From Escherichia phage vB_EcoS_Zar3M, in sequence record NC_073065.1: a stretch of 45,901 bases of DNA; one strand, given 5' to 3'. Under the pieces are notes generated by a model that saw nothing but the letters and a program-made list of their open reading frames with translations, did no database searches and was not told the origin of the DNA. Position 1 is the first letter of the stretch; the number at the start of each line of letters is the position of its first letter. Position numbers and translations under genes: made by a program. Positions 36,240-45,471 of this stretch are shown in pieces.

Positions 36240-36270
36240 AATCTTATTCCCGTCAAAAGCAACATTTCCG

Positions 36271-38562
36271 TTACTTGCGGTAGCGATACATGCAATCGCC
36301 TTCGGCGGCAAGTGGGAAGCCTTTCGCCCATACAGGCAGGTCGCACATCAGCGCGCAAAGCTCCTCGGTCGTGTAGTCGTCGGTGTCGGGCACTTCTGTG
36401 ATCAATTCATCATGCACCGACAGGACGATTTCATACCCCGCAGCTTCAACGCCGGGCATGGACCATGCGAGAATATCGCGACACAACGCCTGCACTATGT
36501 TCTCCGTAAGTTTGCCGCCGTAGGTATACTGGAAGCCCCACTGGCGCGTCGTCTGATTCTCGCCCTGGTATTTGATGCGGGTGCTGGTACGCTTCTTGCC
36601 GGTGTCTTCGTCAATCTCGGTCGTGACAGACAGTGCGATGCCTGGGTAGCTCATGATGCGCCCTGACGGCAACTCAATTTTAAGCCACCACCCTGCCGCG
36701 TTCGGGTCGTCGCGCTCCTCNTCAAAGGTNGGGTNGTGCTTCGCCTTCGTACGGACAATNTTGNGCGCTTTCCTGCCGNCCGGGCGAACGTTCGCGCCAG
36801 CCCAGTATGCTTTGCCCGGATTGCGGATTGCACACAACACCGCGTCCTCAAGCTCGGCCCAAAAGGCTACCGTCATCGGGTGAGCCTCACGCCACATACG
36901 TTTGATCGCGTCACAAGTAAGCCATACGTTTTTCGGCAGTATGTAAGTAGGGCGCTCGTCCTTCTTGCCCGGCTTCGGCGGGCGCTTCGCTTCGTTAATG
37001 CGGGCGTACTCATAACCACGTTTCGCCGCCGCCCAAATGTGATCCGGGAACGTGCCTTTCATCACGTCCNCCATAGTGTAAAGGTCGAGGCCCAGGTTTT
37101 TAGCGAACTGCAAGAACGCCGCGACACCNCCNCCATAGCCCAGTCCCAATTCNCNCGCCTTACCGATCTGGCGCAAGTCTTTGCGGTTGGCTTTAATGTA
37201 GTCCGGGTCCAGGCCGAACATCTTACCGGCAGTCTCACAATAGATATCGCGACCGGCCTTAAACACCATGAGCGCTGTTTTCTCGCCAGCGATCCAGGCA
37301 AGGCCACGCCCTTCCACGTTGGAGTAGTCCGCTACGACAAACTTCTTACCCTTCGCCGGAATAATGCACCCGCGAACGGTCGAGGCTGTTAGCTTAGATA
37401 TGTCATACGCCCAGTGCGCTGTCCCGCGTAACAGGGAGTTTATGCCGTTGGTAAGCATGTGCGACCTGACCCAGAAAGAGACGTCGCTTTCGCCTTCGCG
37501 GCGCTTAATCTTACCTTCGTGGTCGTCGCTATACTCGCCGCGTGCCAGGTTTTGAGGCTGGAAGCCTTTACCGGCCCAGCGTAGCGTGCGCTTTGCGCCG
37601 CCATACTGAAGACACCCACGACGGCGACCATCGGCAGACAGCCCATTAACGAGCGGATTGTATTTAGTCGATGCCGTTGATGACGCGCCGAGGCGCATTT
37701 CGATAAGCGCTTTGCCTTCGTCTGGGAAGTCCGGGTCTTCAAGCAGGTCGTTTAGCGTGGATTTCTGCGCGTTGTGTATCGTGAATGCTGGCGCAATATC
37801 ACGCAGGATTGGCAGGAAGTCATTGCCAGTCAGCTTACCGCCAAATCGCTCCCAGGCTTCTTCCTTCAATTCTTCCTTATGCGCCTGCACCGCTTTGATC
37901 GCGGCGTTCGCCAGGTCAACGTCCACATAGAAGCCGCGGTCGTTGATCAACTGGTCGATAAGCAGGATTTCATCTTCCTTCGGAGTATTACCCCAGTCCG
38001 GTATGCGCCAGTAGACTTCACGCATTGCGATAATATCCAGCGCGGCATATCGCAAAAATTTGGCCCATTCTTCCGGGTGAGTCTCGCGGGNGTAGCGGCG
38101 GATTTTGTAGGTCTTAGGGGTAGGCTTACAGAACCGTTTAATCAGCGCCTTGCCTGCCTTATCCTTCGCGTGCTCTGCGTCAACGCCCAGCACCTGACAT
38201 TGCATATCGAGGCTGCCCGGCAGCGCGTGCCGAAAGGCCATAATCATGGTATCTTCGATCTGGCTTACCGGCAGGTCGATTCCCCACTTCTCACGGATAA
38301 CCAGGCGGTCAAACAGGAGGCCGTTAGCCATCACTATTTTTGCTTTNTTGCGGGATACATGGCGGAGCGCCTTGCGCAGTTCACGCGGCATTGTGGGGGA
38401 TTCAGTGCAATCCCATGTCTGCACGCGGCCCTCGTCGATGGCGTATGTGCAAATCATAATCTCGGTGGTTGGGTGCTCTGAGTAGGCGTACGCCCCAACT
38501 TTCTTCAGGTCCACCCCGCTAAATGTCTCGGTGTCGAGAAACAGGCGTTCGAAGTCTTTCAT
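36271..38562 (-). CDS. DNA polymerase I (family A) with 3'-5' exonuclease domain
   Basis: N-terminal Exo I motif FLDTETFSG; 763 aa with family A polymerase-like C-terminal half; n-masked patches inside. Confidence 0.9.
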   Translation of the reverse strand: MKDFERLFLDTETFSGVDLKKVGAYAYSEHPTTEIMICTYAIDEGRVQTWDCTESPTMPRELRKALRHVSRXKAKIVMANGLLFDRLVIREKWGIDLPVSQIEDTMIMAFRHALPGSLDMQCQVLGVDAEHAKDKAGKALIKRFCKPTPKTYKIRRYXRETHPEEWAKFLRYAALDIIAMREVYWRIPDWGNTPKEDEILLIDQLINDRGFYVDVDLANAAIKAVQAHKEELKEEAWERFGGKLTGNDFLPILRDIAPAFTIHNAQKSTLNDLLEDPDFPDEGKALIEMRLGASSTASTKYNPLVNGLSADGRRRGCLQYGGAKRTLRWAGKGFQPQNLARGEYSDDHEGKIKRREGESDVSFWVRSHMLTNGINSLLRGTAHWAYDISKLTASTVRGCIIPAKGKKFVVADYSNVEGRGLAWIAGEKTALMVFKAGRDIYCETAGKMFGLDPDYIKANRKDLRQIGKAXELGLGYXXGVAAFLQFAKNLGLDLYTMXDVMKGTFPDHIWAAAKRGYEYARINEAKRPPKPGKKDERPTYILPKNVWLTCDAIKRMWREAHPMTVAFWAELEDAVLCAIRNPGKAYWAGANVRPXGRKAXXIVRTKAKHXXTFXEERDDPNAAGWWLKIELPSGRIMSYPGIALSVTTEIDEDTGKKRTSTRIKYQGENQTTRQWGFQYTYGGKLTENIVQALCRDILAWSMPGVEAAGYEIVLSVHDELITEVPDTDDYTTEELCALMCDLPVWAKGFPLAAEGDCMYRYRK

Positions 38563-38729
38563 TGCTTTATCCTCACTACGGCGTCAGCGCTGCCGATCAT
38601 GGAGAAGATGCCGTCGGACAGGGCGATTTCTTCGCCGTTGTTGCGAATCTCGGCAACTGTGAAATATTCCCCCAGTAGCTTGGACCATACTTGCATTCCG
38701 ACTTTTACTTCGCTGGCTTTAATACGCAT
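38559..38729 (-). CDS. small hypothetical protein (56 aa)
   Basis: Unlisted ORF with AGGA RBS after terminator; ATGA overlap with polymerase start. Confidence 0.3.
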   Translation of the reverse strand: MRIKASEVKVGMQVWSKLLGEYFTVAEIRNNGEEIALSDGIFSMIGSADAVVRIKQ

Positions 38730-38741
38730 TTTTCATTGTCC

Positions 38742-38769
38742 TATTAAAAAGCCCGCATTAAGCGGGCTT
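38742..38769 (-). terminator. intrinsic terminator (- strand) after DUF2815 gene
   Basis: On - strand AAGCCCGC-TTAAT-GCGGGCTT followed by TTTTTAATAG. Confidence 0.55.
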
Positions 38770-38787
38770 GAATAGTGGGCTTTGCCC

Positions 38788-39573
38788 TTAACGGCGGCGA
38801 CGTTTACGTGGTGCTTCGTCTTCGTCGTCTTCGTCCTCATCTTCGTCATCGCGGGNCTTGCGGCGTTTGCGAGGTTTTTCATCTTCCTCATCGTNGTCGT
38901 CATCGCGGGGCTTGGATTTCTTGGACTTGCGCGGCTTGTCATCCTCATCATCGTCATCACGACGTTTTGACTTCTTAGCCTTGCGCGGTGCTTCGTCTTC
39001 GTCGTCGTTGTCCAGGTCTTCGTCGGAACATGAAGACCCGCCACCTCCGAAGGCTTCGCCGTCTTCACGGAATCGCAGACCCAGCAAGCCCGCCCCGAGT
39101 CCCTTGCCGTTGGTATTGTTCCACGCCCAAATATCAAGTGACACGTTGCAATAACAACCGGAGTAGATCTCCTGGCCTTCGATCTCGTCGCCTTCTACGG
39201 TCAGACCTTGTTCAGTCTGCTTCTCGCCGAGTGACGTTTGAATGATAGGCTGTTTGAACGATTTGGCGTTGATATACAACATGCCTTCGAATTCTTCGGT
39301 AACTTCATCGCGCTCGTCGCCGTCGCGAACTGCACATTCCTTAGAATCCTGGGCGTAGTGGCGGTCCATCCACTTATCGGCATTCTTCTCAGATTTCAGC
39401 TTGTCGGTGAGCACTGCACGCGCTGCCGCTTCCACTTTGTCCACCTGCGGATCTTCTTTATCAAGAAGAATCACGGCACGGTATGCCGGTTTTTGTCCAT
39501 CCTGTTTAGGGGTATCACGTTCCCAAATTTTCAGGAAGCATACGCGCACATTTTTCAGGTTGNCTTTANCCAT
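38788..39573 (-). CDS. DUF2815-type phage SSB-like protein with charged repeat C-terminal tail
   Basis: N-terminal region resembles DUF2815 proteins found beside DUF2800 and PolA in phage replication modules; C-terminal ~90 aa alternate acidic runs with KPRKSKKSK-type basic blocks. Confidence 0.55.
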   Translation of the reverse strand: MXKXNLKNVRVCFLKIWERDTPKQDGQKPAYRAVILLDKEDPQVDKVEAAARAVLTDKLKSEKNADKWMDRHYAQDSKECAVRDGDERDEVTEEFEGMLYINAKSFKQPIIQTSLGEKQTEQGLTVEGDEIEGQEIYSGCYCNVSLDIWAWNNTNGKGLGAGLLGLRFREDGEAFGGGGSSCSDEDLDNDDEDEAPRKAKKSKRRDDDDEDDKPRKSKKSKPRDDDXDEEDEKPRKRRKXRDDEDEDEDDEDEAPRKRRRR

Positions 39574-39663
39574 TTTCCAATTCCTCNTTTTCACATNTNT
39601 NGGGGTTNTTNTGNGCCNCCCCNNCCGGCTTGGTTNNCAATTTACTTGGTTGCGCCTGAGCGG

Positions 39664-39906
39664 TCAAGCATTTTCATTAAAAAGATTTCTGGTAACGTAG
39701 TTGGTGGTGTTNTCNNNCCNNCTTAACGGNGGGNGGNCNCCATGTCTCGCGATCCACGCCACGGCAATGGTGCTGTAACCATCGTCCAGCCATTGGGTTG
39801 GATGACGAATCATCCAGGCCACCATTAAGACGCCTTGCACGCAATGCAGGATAAAGCCCAGCGCGCCGAGCAAAAACATCAATAAGATTGCGAATACTTT
39901 ATTCAT
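39664..39906 (-). CDS. small membrane protein (80 aa)
   Basis: Two hydrophobic segments (VFAILLMFLLGALGFIL, VLMVAWMI); start overlaps DUF2800 stop by 8 nt (ATGAATAA); n-masked 3' end. Confidence 0.35.
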   Translation of the reverse strand: MNKVFAILLMFLLGALGFILHCVQGVLMVAWMIRHPTQWLDDGYSTIAVAWIARHXXXXPLXXXXNTTNYVTRNLFNENA

Positions 39907-41329
39907 TGCTTAAGTCCTCGTCAGTAGCTACAGACCACGCAGGGCGCGGGTCGTCGATGGGTGCTAATACCGGTTTAGCGGGTGCGCGCGTGATTTTATC
40001 ACACAACTTTGCCCACACTTTCGGCTTCTCGTCCTTCAATACCTTCTCGGCATCAGTAGGGCTGAGTAATGTTTCTTTGTACATCACGTCGCGCTTGATC
40101 CGGGCCTTCGTGAAGATCTCAATCACTTCGCTCTCGTCCGCCCACTTGCGGATTCCTTCCTTACCGGCAACCATCTTGAGGCCCAGCGATTCNCCATCAC
40201 CCNCCATTACGGCCTTNAACNCCGCGGNCNCGANAGCCTTGNTNTGNTGGCGCNTTGNGNCAANACCTTCANAANCCTTNCGCNGTTCCNCCNCNCCCAN
40301 NGCNCNGGGGGGGNCTTTTTTTTTNCCCCNCTCCCCNCGNGGNNCCCCTTTGGGGGNTNNGGGGGCCATNTTGNGGNCGTGATTGGCGCATTCTTCCTCT
40401 GTCGAAATACTCACGTCGTCGCCCAGGTCTTCGTCTGTTGCCGTTGGTGGGGCCATAGTGTCGATTGCAGCCTTAGCGCGGGCGCTACACTGATCCGCAA
40501 ATCTGCACCATTGACACGCATCAACGCTCGGTCGGAAGTCGGCACGGGTGAGTCCCTTTTTGCCGCGGTCGTACGCTTCCAGGGCGGCGATAGCACGCTT
40601 GGACGCAAACTTCGCGAATATCTCCAGGGCTTCTACCGAAATATCCCACTCCGACGCCCCGCCGCAATACGGCTGGAAGATAACCAGGCGCACGGTCGTA
40701 ATGTCGTACATAGTTTTCAGCTTGCGCAGCAGGCCCAGCGCATACAACATAAGCTGTTTGTTTTCTTTCGCCTCGACCTTATGCCGCCCCGTCTTCAGGT
40801 CGCCAACAATCAGCATGTACGTGCCGTCGGTCTTCTTCATGACCATGACCATATCCGCAGTGCCGAACGTCTTAACCCGGTTGCCGTCGATCTCGAAGCC
40901 AGAGTGTAGGACGCGGGTAAGATCGGCGCGCATCTCAAGCTGAACAAACTCCGCCACTTCGAGGAGCGGTCGCCAGTGGTCGATGTATGCGTCGCACTGT
41001 TTCACCATGTCGTCGTTGACCAGCACGCCGCCTTTCGGTGCTTTCGGGTGCGCCTTCACCGGCCCCTTACCTTCGTTCTCGACGTAACACCCTTTGTACG
41101 TCTTCGCGGTTATCAGCTTTTCACCGGCGATAATGCGGTTGAGCACGACTTCAGATACAGTGTGCATACTCGTACCGTTAATCGCCGCTTGCCCGGATTC
41201 GTTCGGGATACCTTGTTCTACCACCAGGGCGGCTGGGCAACCCATCCATTTTTTAGCACCGGATGGGCCGAGTAATGAATGCTCCGTGTTGCTACCGGAT
41301 TGCGTTTTACGTTTTGGTTTAATCGCCAT
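39899..41329 (-). CDS. DUF2800-type PD-(D/E)XK nuclease (Cas4-like, Cys cluster)
   Basis: N-terminal LLGPSGAKKWMGCPAA and C-terminal CQWCRFADQC Cys cluster, as in Cas4/RecB-like phage exonucleases. Confidence 0.65.
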   Translation of the reverse strand: MAIKPKRKTQSGSNTEHSLLGPSGAKKWMGCPAALVVEQGIPNESGQAAINGTSMHTVSEVVLNRIIAGEKLITAKTYKGCYVENEGKGPVKAHPKAPKGGVLVNDDMVKQCDAYIDHWRPLLEVAEFVQLEMRADLTRVLHSGFEIDGNRVKTFGTADMVMVMKKTDGTYMLIVGDLKTGRHKVEAKENKQLMLYALGLLRKLKTMYDITTVRLVIFQPYCGGASEWDISVEALEIFAKFASKRAIAALEAYDRGKKGLTRADFRPSVDACQWCRFADQCSARAKAAIDTMAPPTATDEDLGDDVSISTEEECANHXXXMAPXXPKGXXXGEXXKKKXPPXXXXXXEXXKXXEGXXXXRXXXKAXXXAXXKAVMXGDXESLGLKMVAGKEGIRKWADESEVIEIFTKARIKRDVMYKETLLSPTDAEKVLKDEKPKVWAKLCDKITRAPAKPVLAPIDDPRPAWSVATDEDLSNE

Positions 41330-41517
41330 TATTCCACCCTTGAAAATTGAGCAATGTAATAGTCGTGTTTAACATTGGCCCGCTTCGCGGCTTCGTTCAT
41401 GGTAGCCGCCAGTCCTCGAGCTTGCATCCAGCAGCAATTCCAGTTTTGATTCATAACAATTTCTGGTTGCTCGTCGCCGGTAATACGGCAACGAAATAAA
41501 ACAAAGAATATAGCCAT
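41329..41517 (-). CDS. hypothetical protein (62 aa)
   Basis: Short ORF in operon context; stop overlaps DUF2800 start. Confidence 0.3.
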   Translation of the reverse strand: MAIFFVLFRCRITGDEQPEIVMNQNWNCCWMQARGLAATMNEAAKRANVKHDYYIAQFSRVE

Positions 41518-41769
41518 TTATTTTGTCTCCCAGCGGTCAATTGTTTTTGCTTCGGATGCAACTGCGAAGCGAACATATTCCAGATTGGAATCCGCCCAAA
41601 TATAAAAGTCGGGGTTAGTAAAGGTGGTGCGCTTAATTTGCGCGGGGGTGTTACGGCGTTTATCTATTACGGCAACGCGTGACTGAAAGCTGCCGATGCG
41701 TTCGAATAGCCAATAGTACGGGCGCTGGTCGCGGGAGTCCACCGCCTCGATTAGCGTGAAGCGTGCCAT
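41518..41769 (-). CDS. hypothetical protein (83 aa)
   Basis: ORF with AGAGGACGAGACAATG start context immediately after a terminator. Confidence 0.4.
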   Translation of the reverse strand: MARFTLIEAVDSRDQRPYYWLFERIGSFQSRVAVIDKRRNTPAQIKRTTFTNPDFYIWADSNLEYVRFAVASEAKTIDRWETK

Positions 41770-41782
41770 TGTCTCGTCCTCT

Positions 41783-41809
41783 AAAAATAGGCCCGCAGAT
41801 TAGCGGGCC
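41783..41809 (-). terminator. intrinsic terminator (- strand)
   Basis: On - strand GGCCCGC-TAATCT-GCGGGCC followed by TATTTTT. Confidence 0.5.
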
Positions 41810-41817
41810 GGAATATA

Positions 41818-41943
41818 TTAATCTTCACCGCCGAGTTGTCTATAAACCTCGTCCGGGTCGTCGCCTCTTTCTTCGCAGAAGGCGGTGAACGCCGCCCAAT
41901 TTTCTGCTATGAAATCGAGCATGATTCTCATTTCATAGTCCAT
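41818..41943 (-). CDS. small acidic hypothetical protein (41 aa)
   Basis: Unlisted ORF MDYEMRIMLDFIAENWAAFTAFCEERGDDPDEVYRQLGGED between acidic repeat protein and terminator. Confidence 0.25.
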   Translation of the reverse strand: MDYEMRIMLDFIAENWAAFTAFCEERGDDPDEVYRQLGGED

Positions 41944-41947
41944 GATA

Positions 41948-42463
41948 TTAATCTTCCAGTTCGAAATAGGTTTCGACGATTTCTTTTAGCTCTTTGTGGA
42001 AGTCTTCGACGTCGTCATCTTCCAGCTTGGCGATTGATTTGATCTCGAACGATTCCAGCAGGTCGTCGAATTCGTCGTTCGCATCGTCGTCATCACCACC
42101 GGCGATAATCGCGGCATACTGTTTGATTTCGTCGCGCATCTCCGCCAGCGGATCGGCATCTTTCTTACCTTTGCCTTTCGCCGGTGCTTTCTTAGACTTA
42201 GCCGGTTTTTCGTCTTCGGCATCGTCGTCGTCATCTTCTACGACTTCTTTTTTAGCCTTACCTTTCGCCGGTGCTTTTTTAGCTTTAGCCGGTTTTTCGT
42301 CTTCGGCGTCATCGTCGTCATCTTCGACAACTTCTTTTTTGGCCTTAGACGGCTTCTTGTCTTCCTGTTTACCAACGGCAGCGCCAACGGTTTCATAATG
42401 CTTTGCAATGGTTTCCAGTGCTACTACGCCGCGAGTGATCAGGTTTACGATTTGCTCAAACAT
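41948..42463 (-). CDS. highly charged tandem-repeat protein (171 aa)
   Basis: ATG at 42463 with GGAGATATACATG; contains a 2x tandem repeat KKEVVEDDDDDAEDEKPAK(A/S)KKAPAKGK (DNA direct repeat about 60 bp at 42200-42330) plus acidic C-terminal region. Confidence 0.5.
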   Translation of the reverse strand: MFEQIVNLITRGVVALETIAKHYETVGAAVGKQEDKKPSKAKKEVVEDDDDDAEDEKPAKAKKAPAKGKAKKEVVEDDDDDAEDEKPAKSKKAPAKGKGKKDADPLAEMRDEIKQYAAIIAGGDDDDANDEFDDLLESFEIKSIAKLEDDDVEDFHKELKEIVETYFELED

Positions 42464-42699
42464 GGTATATCTCCGATTGGTTAAGTTTAGGTGTCGGCAG
42501 TTAACTTCGTCGGTGGCCTTAACATATTGCCAGGTTACGCGTTCTCCCGTTCGGGTAGTGGACCTGGTTATATAATCACGGTTGGGAATCCTGACACTTC
42601 GATCCGGCCCCTGCGTTGCCCCTCTCCAGTTTGCGTCCTGCATCCTGTCGACGGAGTGAATGATAGATTGGTTGGAGGAGGGGTGTCAACAACTAATTT

Positions 42700-42734
42700 C
42701 AAAAAAAAAAGCGCCGAGGCAAAATGCGACGGCG
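42700..42734 (-). terminator. intrinsic terminator (- strand) inside the divergent control region
   Basis: On - strand GCGCCG-N12-CGGCGC followed by T10 (plus-strand A10 at 42701-42710); no - strand gene lies upstream. Confidence 0.5.
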
Positions 42735-42754
42735 CTAACCAATAAGAGACAATG

Positions 42755-42795
42755 AGACGGGAATTATTATTACACGCGTGCGCGACCGTTTCAAT
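42755..42795 (-). promoter_or_regulatory. sigma70-like promoter (- strand) firing into the terminator at 42700-42734
   Basis: On - strand TTGAAA-N17-AATAAT; predicted start about 50-60 nt upstream of the T10 tract. Confidence 0.35.
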
Positions 42796-42805
42796 ATCCA
42801 AAGGA

Positions 42806-42834
42806 TTTGACACCGTGCAGTTTTGGGTGTAGTT
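42806..42834 (+). promoter_or_regulatory. sigma70-like promoter for regulator/primase operon
   Basis: Perfect -35 TTGACA (42806-42811), 17-nt spacer, weak -10 TAGTTT; about 30 nt upstream of ATG at 42867. Confidence 0.4.
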
Positions 42835-42866
42835 TCGTTGGTCATTAACCAACTGAGGGCTGAATT

Positions 42867-43196
42867 ATGAATATCAAAGAAGCAATTGAAGTGTTATCTA
42901 ATGCAATCCGCGGCGAAGCGGGTAAATCCTGGTATTACACAAATGCGGTGGATACTCTGTTATTTGAAGTCGTCCGATTACGCAGTGCTGAGAAGGAGTT
43001 ACGCGCGAAGCTGGAACTACTCAATGGTACGGCAGCCAGCAAGCTGCAAAAGCANAATGAAGAAATGGAAGAATACAAAAAGCAGGTTATCCGTTTGCGC
43101 GACGAAGGGAAATCATGGGCGATGATTGCAGAGCTAACCGGAATTAATCAGAGCACCGTGCGATCCTGGGTACGCAATAATAAAACCTCTAAGTAA
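42867..43196 (+). CDS. helix-turn-helix DNA-binding regulator (109 aa)
   Basis: C-terminal HTH-like GKSWAMIAELTGINQSTVRSWVRNN; N-terminal coiled-coil-like region; first gene of + operon. Confidence 0.5.
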   Translation: MNIKEAIEVLSNAIRGEAGKSWYYTNAVDTLLFEVVRLRSAEKELRAKLELLNGTAASKLQKXNEEMEEYKKQVIRLRDEGKSWAMIAELTGINQSTVRSWVRNNKTSK

Positions 43197-43206
43197 GGNA
43201 ACGGCA

Positions 43207-45471
43207 ATGNGCTTAATTAAATTCGCAGTAANACGACCCGCTAAAAAAGGNGAAAAAGCCAGGGCGGAAAANTTCCAGATGACTACCGATGAGTTTTTCG
43301 AATTTATCAACGATGCGAAAGAAATCTCCTCGGTGCATATCAACAAGACGGAAGATAAAGCGGAGTATGCGCGCCGCAAGCGTAAGGCCGATGGCATTGT
43401 GGCTTATACCAGTGATGGGCTGCGCCGCAAGACCAGTGCCGTGGATCGCTCGATCCTGTTCTTCGATATGAACCGTACCGACACCCGCACCTTGCGCCGC
43501 TGCCGTAAGGCGTTCATCGACGCGGGTCTTGAACACGTATTTCACACCACCACCGGCGACCGCCACCCGCTGAAGGGCGGCACGCGTTGCGCCCGTTTCC
43601 TGGTGCTAACGGATAAGCCCGTACCGGCGGAAGACCTGGGCCGCGTACAGTATGCACTATTACACCAACTCGGCCTGTCAGATGTGGACTTCGATGATTG
43701 CACGAAAGACACAAACCGCCTTATGTACCTGCCTCACCNGCAATCGGTTGTTAAGTGTCACTACGGCAAACGTGCCCGCGTCCGTCGTCTGATTCGCCTG
43801 GCGGATAAGCNGGGNGNGGAAAAAGAGGAAGTACGCCGCGAATTAACCCAGGGCGATGACGGCGTGGNGGACGGCATTNTGGNTTGGTGNTTCCAGGNAG
43901 GATTCGAACCGCTGTCGTCCGGTCGTGGTTATGAAGTGCCGTGCCCGAACGAACACCTGCACAGTGGTGAAGGGTCCACCGCTATCATGGTCAAGGATGG
44001 CGAGATCCGTTTCAAGTGTATGCACACTGGCAACGAGTGTTGCTCGGAACTGAACAGACACCAGCACCTGGCGCTACGTCTTATCGGGATACCGGACCAC
44101 CTGAACGTCGAACCACACAACATGTCTCGTAAGCAAATCGCCGCCATTCTCCCCGGACTGGACGACGAGGAAGTGGAATCGTGCTATGCGCATATAGTTG
44201 ATGCGGTCGGTGACGGCGACGAGTACGGCGTATGTACCGACGCGGACCTGGATAACGAACCGGTCGCACTGTTCAGTAAGCACGACCCGATCATCGAGGG
44301 GTTGATTAACTTCAAATCGACCTGGTATATGGCTGGCGAATCGAACATCGGTAAATCGTTCTACGTGCTGGGCCAAATGGGTGCGGTTGCCNCGGGGATT
44401 CCGTTCGGNGGTGCGAAGGTCGTCCAGTCTCATTGCTTCTATTTCGACGCGGAAGGTGGTGAAGCCTCCAACCAGCGTAAGGAAGCATTGCAGATCAAAT
44501 ATGAGCACGACCTGGACAAGCTGCACATTATCGATCTGCAATCACGCGGCTGGGATATCACCAGCAAATCCGGCTTGCGTGAAGTTATCAGCTTCATCAA
44601 CCGCACCGCTAACGGCGAACCGGTTGGCCTGGTGGCCTTCGACTCCCTCAACCAGACTGTTGCGTTGCGGTCCGCCGATGCTAAACCGTTCGACGAGAAC
44701 AACGCCAGCGATATGGGTGAAGTGGTCAAAGCGCTGAAGGCCATTGCGGAAAAGACCGGCGGCAGTGCTGGCGTCATCCACCACCCGGCGAAGGGCGCAA
44801 ACGGCAGCAGATCCCCCCGCGGGTCCGGCGCGCTGCATGGTGCTGTTGATTCTGCGTTCTTCCTTGAGCAACCGGACGACAACCAGCCGGGCCAGTTGAA
44901 CCTGTATCACGAAAAGGCACGTAACGGCATCAAGCAAGCGCCGCGCGGCTTCGTCCTGCTCAAGTGCAAGGTTAAGGNGGATCTCCGCAAGNCCGAAGCG
45001 TTCGAAGCCCNCCAGTCCNCCNGCACCGGGCCGGACTTTGGCGACGTCGTTGCCGGTTGGGACGTCAAGCCAATTGCCTCCACGCCACGCGACGAGACTC
45101 TTTACCTCGTNCCGGTCGCCCTGGCNCCGTTCNCTNTTGAGNNGGNGAAGGCCGNGGGNAAANNAGCCGTTAANNAANAAAANNCCNCNGGACCNCGCAA
45201 NNAGAAANANAAAGTGCTTTATGCGGCACTGGAAAAACTGATGGAAGATAACCCGGACCATACCGGATTCAGTAAATCGGCAATTGTCCGCCAGGCTGGG
45301 CTTGCGAAAGGGGGCACATCGACGAAGGCAATAGACGATATGGTGGAGCGCGGCGTGCTAGGTTTTTATACAGATCCGCACACTGGGGCCATCTATGGGT
45401 CGTCGAATATCGTCATCAAAACAAATATACCCATCACGCTTTCGGCGACCGATGATGATTTAAAAGATTAA
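43207..45471 (+). CDS. primase-helicase (primase-like N-terminal domain, zinc-binding region, P-loop RecA/DnaB-like ATPase)
   Basis: Cys/His cluster CPNEHLH...CMHTGNEC; Walker A GESNIGKS and Walker B-like LVAFDS; N-terminal domain has phage/plasmid primase-like features; several n-masked patches. Confidence 0.7.
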   Translation: MXLIKFAVXRPAKKXEKARAEXFQMTTDEFFEFINDAKEISSVHINKTEDKAEYARRKRKADGIVAYTSDGLRRKTSAVDRSILFFDMNRTDTRTLRRCRKAFIDAGLEHVFHTTTGDRHPLKGGTRCARFLVLTDKPVPAEDLGRVQYALLHQLGLSDVDFDDCTKDTNRLMYLPHXQSVVKCHYGKRARVRRLIRLADKXXXEKEEVRRELTQGDDGVXDGIXXWXFQXGFEPLSSGRGYEVPCPNEHLHSGEGSTAIMVKDGEIRFKCMHTGNECCSELNRHQHLALRLIGIPDHLNVEPHNMSRKQIAAILPGLDDEEVESCYAHIVDAVGDGDEYGVCTDADLDNEPVALFSKHDPIIEGLINFKSTWYMAGESNIGKSFYVLGQMGAVAXGIPFXGAKVVQSHCFYFDAEGGEASNQRKEALQIKYEHDLDKLHIIDLQSRGWDITSKSGLREVISFINRTANGEPVGLVAFDSLNQTVALRSADAKPFDENNASDMGEVVKALKAIAEKTGGSAGVIHHPAKGANGSRSPRGSGALHGAVDSAFFLEQPDDNQPGQLNLYHEKARNGIKQAPRGFVLLKCKVKXDLRKXEAFEAXQSXXTGPDFGDVVAGWDVKPIASTPRDETLYLXPVALXPFXXEXXKAXXKXAVXXXXXXGXRXXKXKVLYAALEKLMEDNPDHTGFSKSAIVRQAGLAKGGTSTKAIDDMVERGVLGFYTDPHTGAIYGSSNIVIKTNIPITLSATDDDLKD

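Noticed and set aside
42590-42610. tRNA-like T-loop sequence TTCGATCC
   Set aside because: Flanking sequence cannot form T-stem, anticodon or acceptor stems on either strand; no tRNA gene was recognised anywhere in the window.
1881-45190. Patches of interspersed n bases, roughly every 0.5-1 kb (e.g. 3586-3775, 19432-19570, 22229-22400, 40193-40380, 44978-45190), considered as possible hypervariable or DGR-type variable repeats
   Set aside because: The patches are numerous and scattered through unrelated genes, coincide with homopolymer-rich stretches, and no reverse transcriptase or template repeat is present; they look like low-quality read ends. They limit confidence in exact protein sequences and in frameshift or repeat calls inside them.
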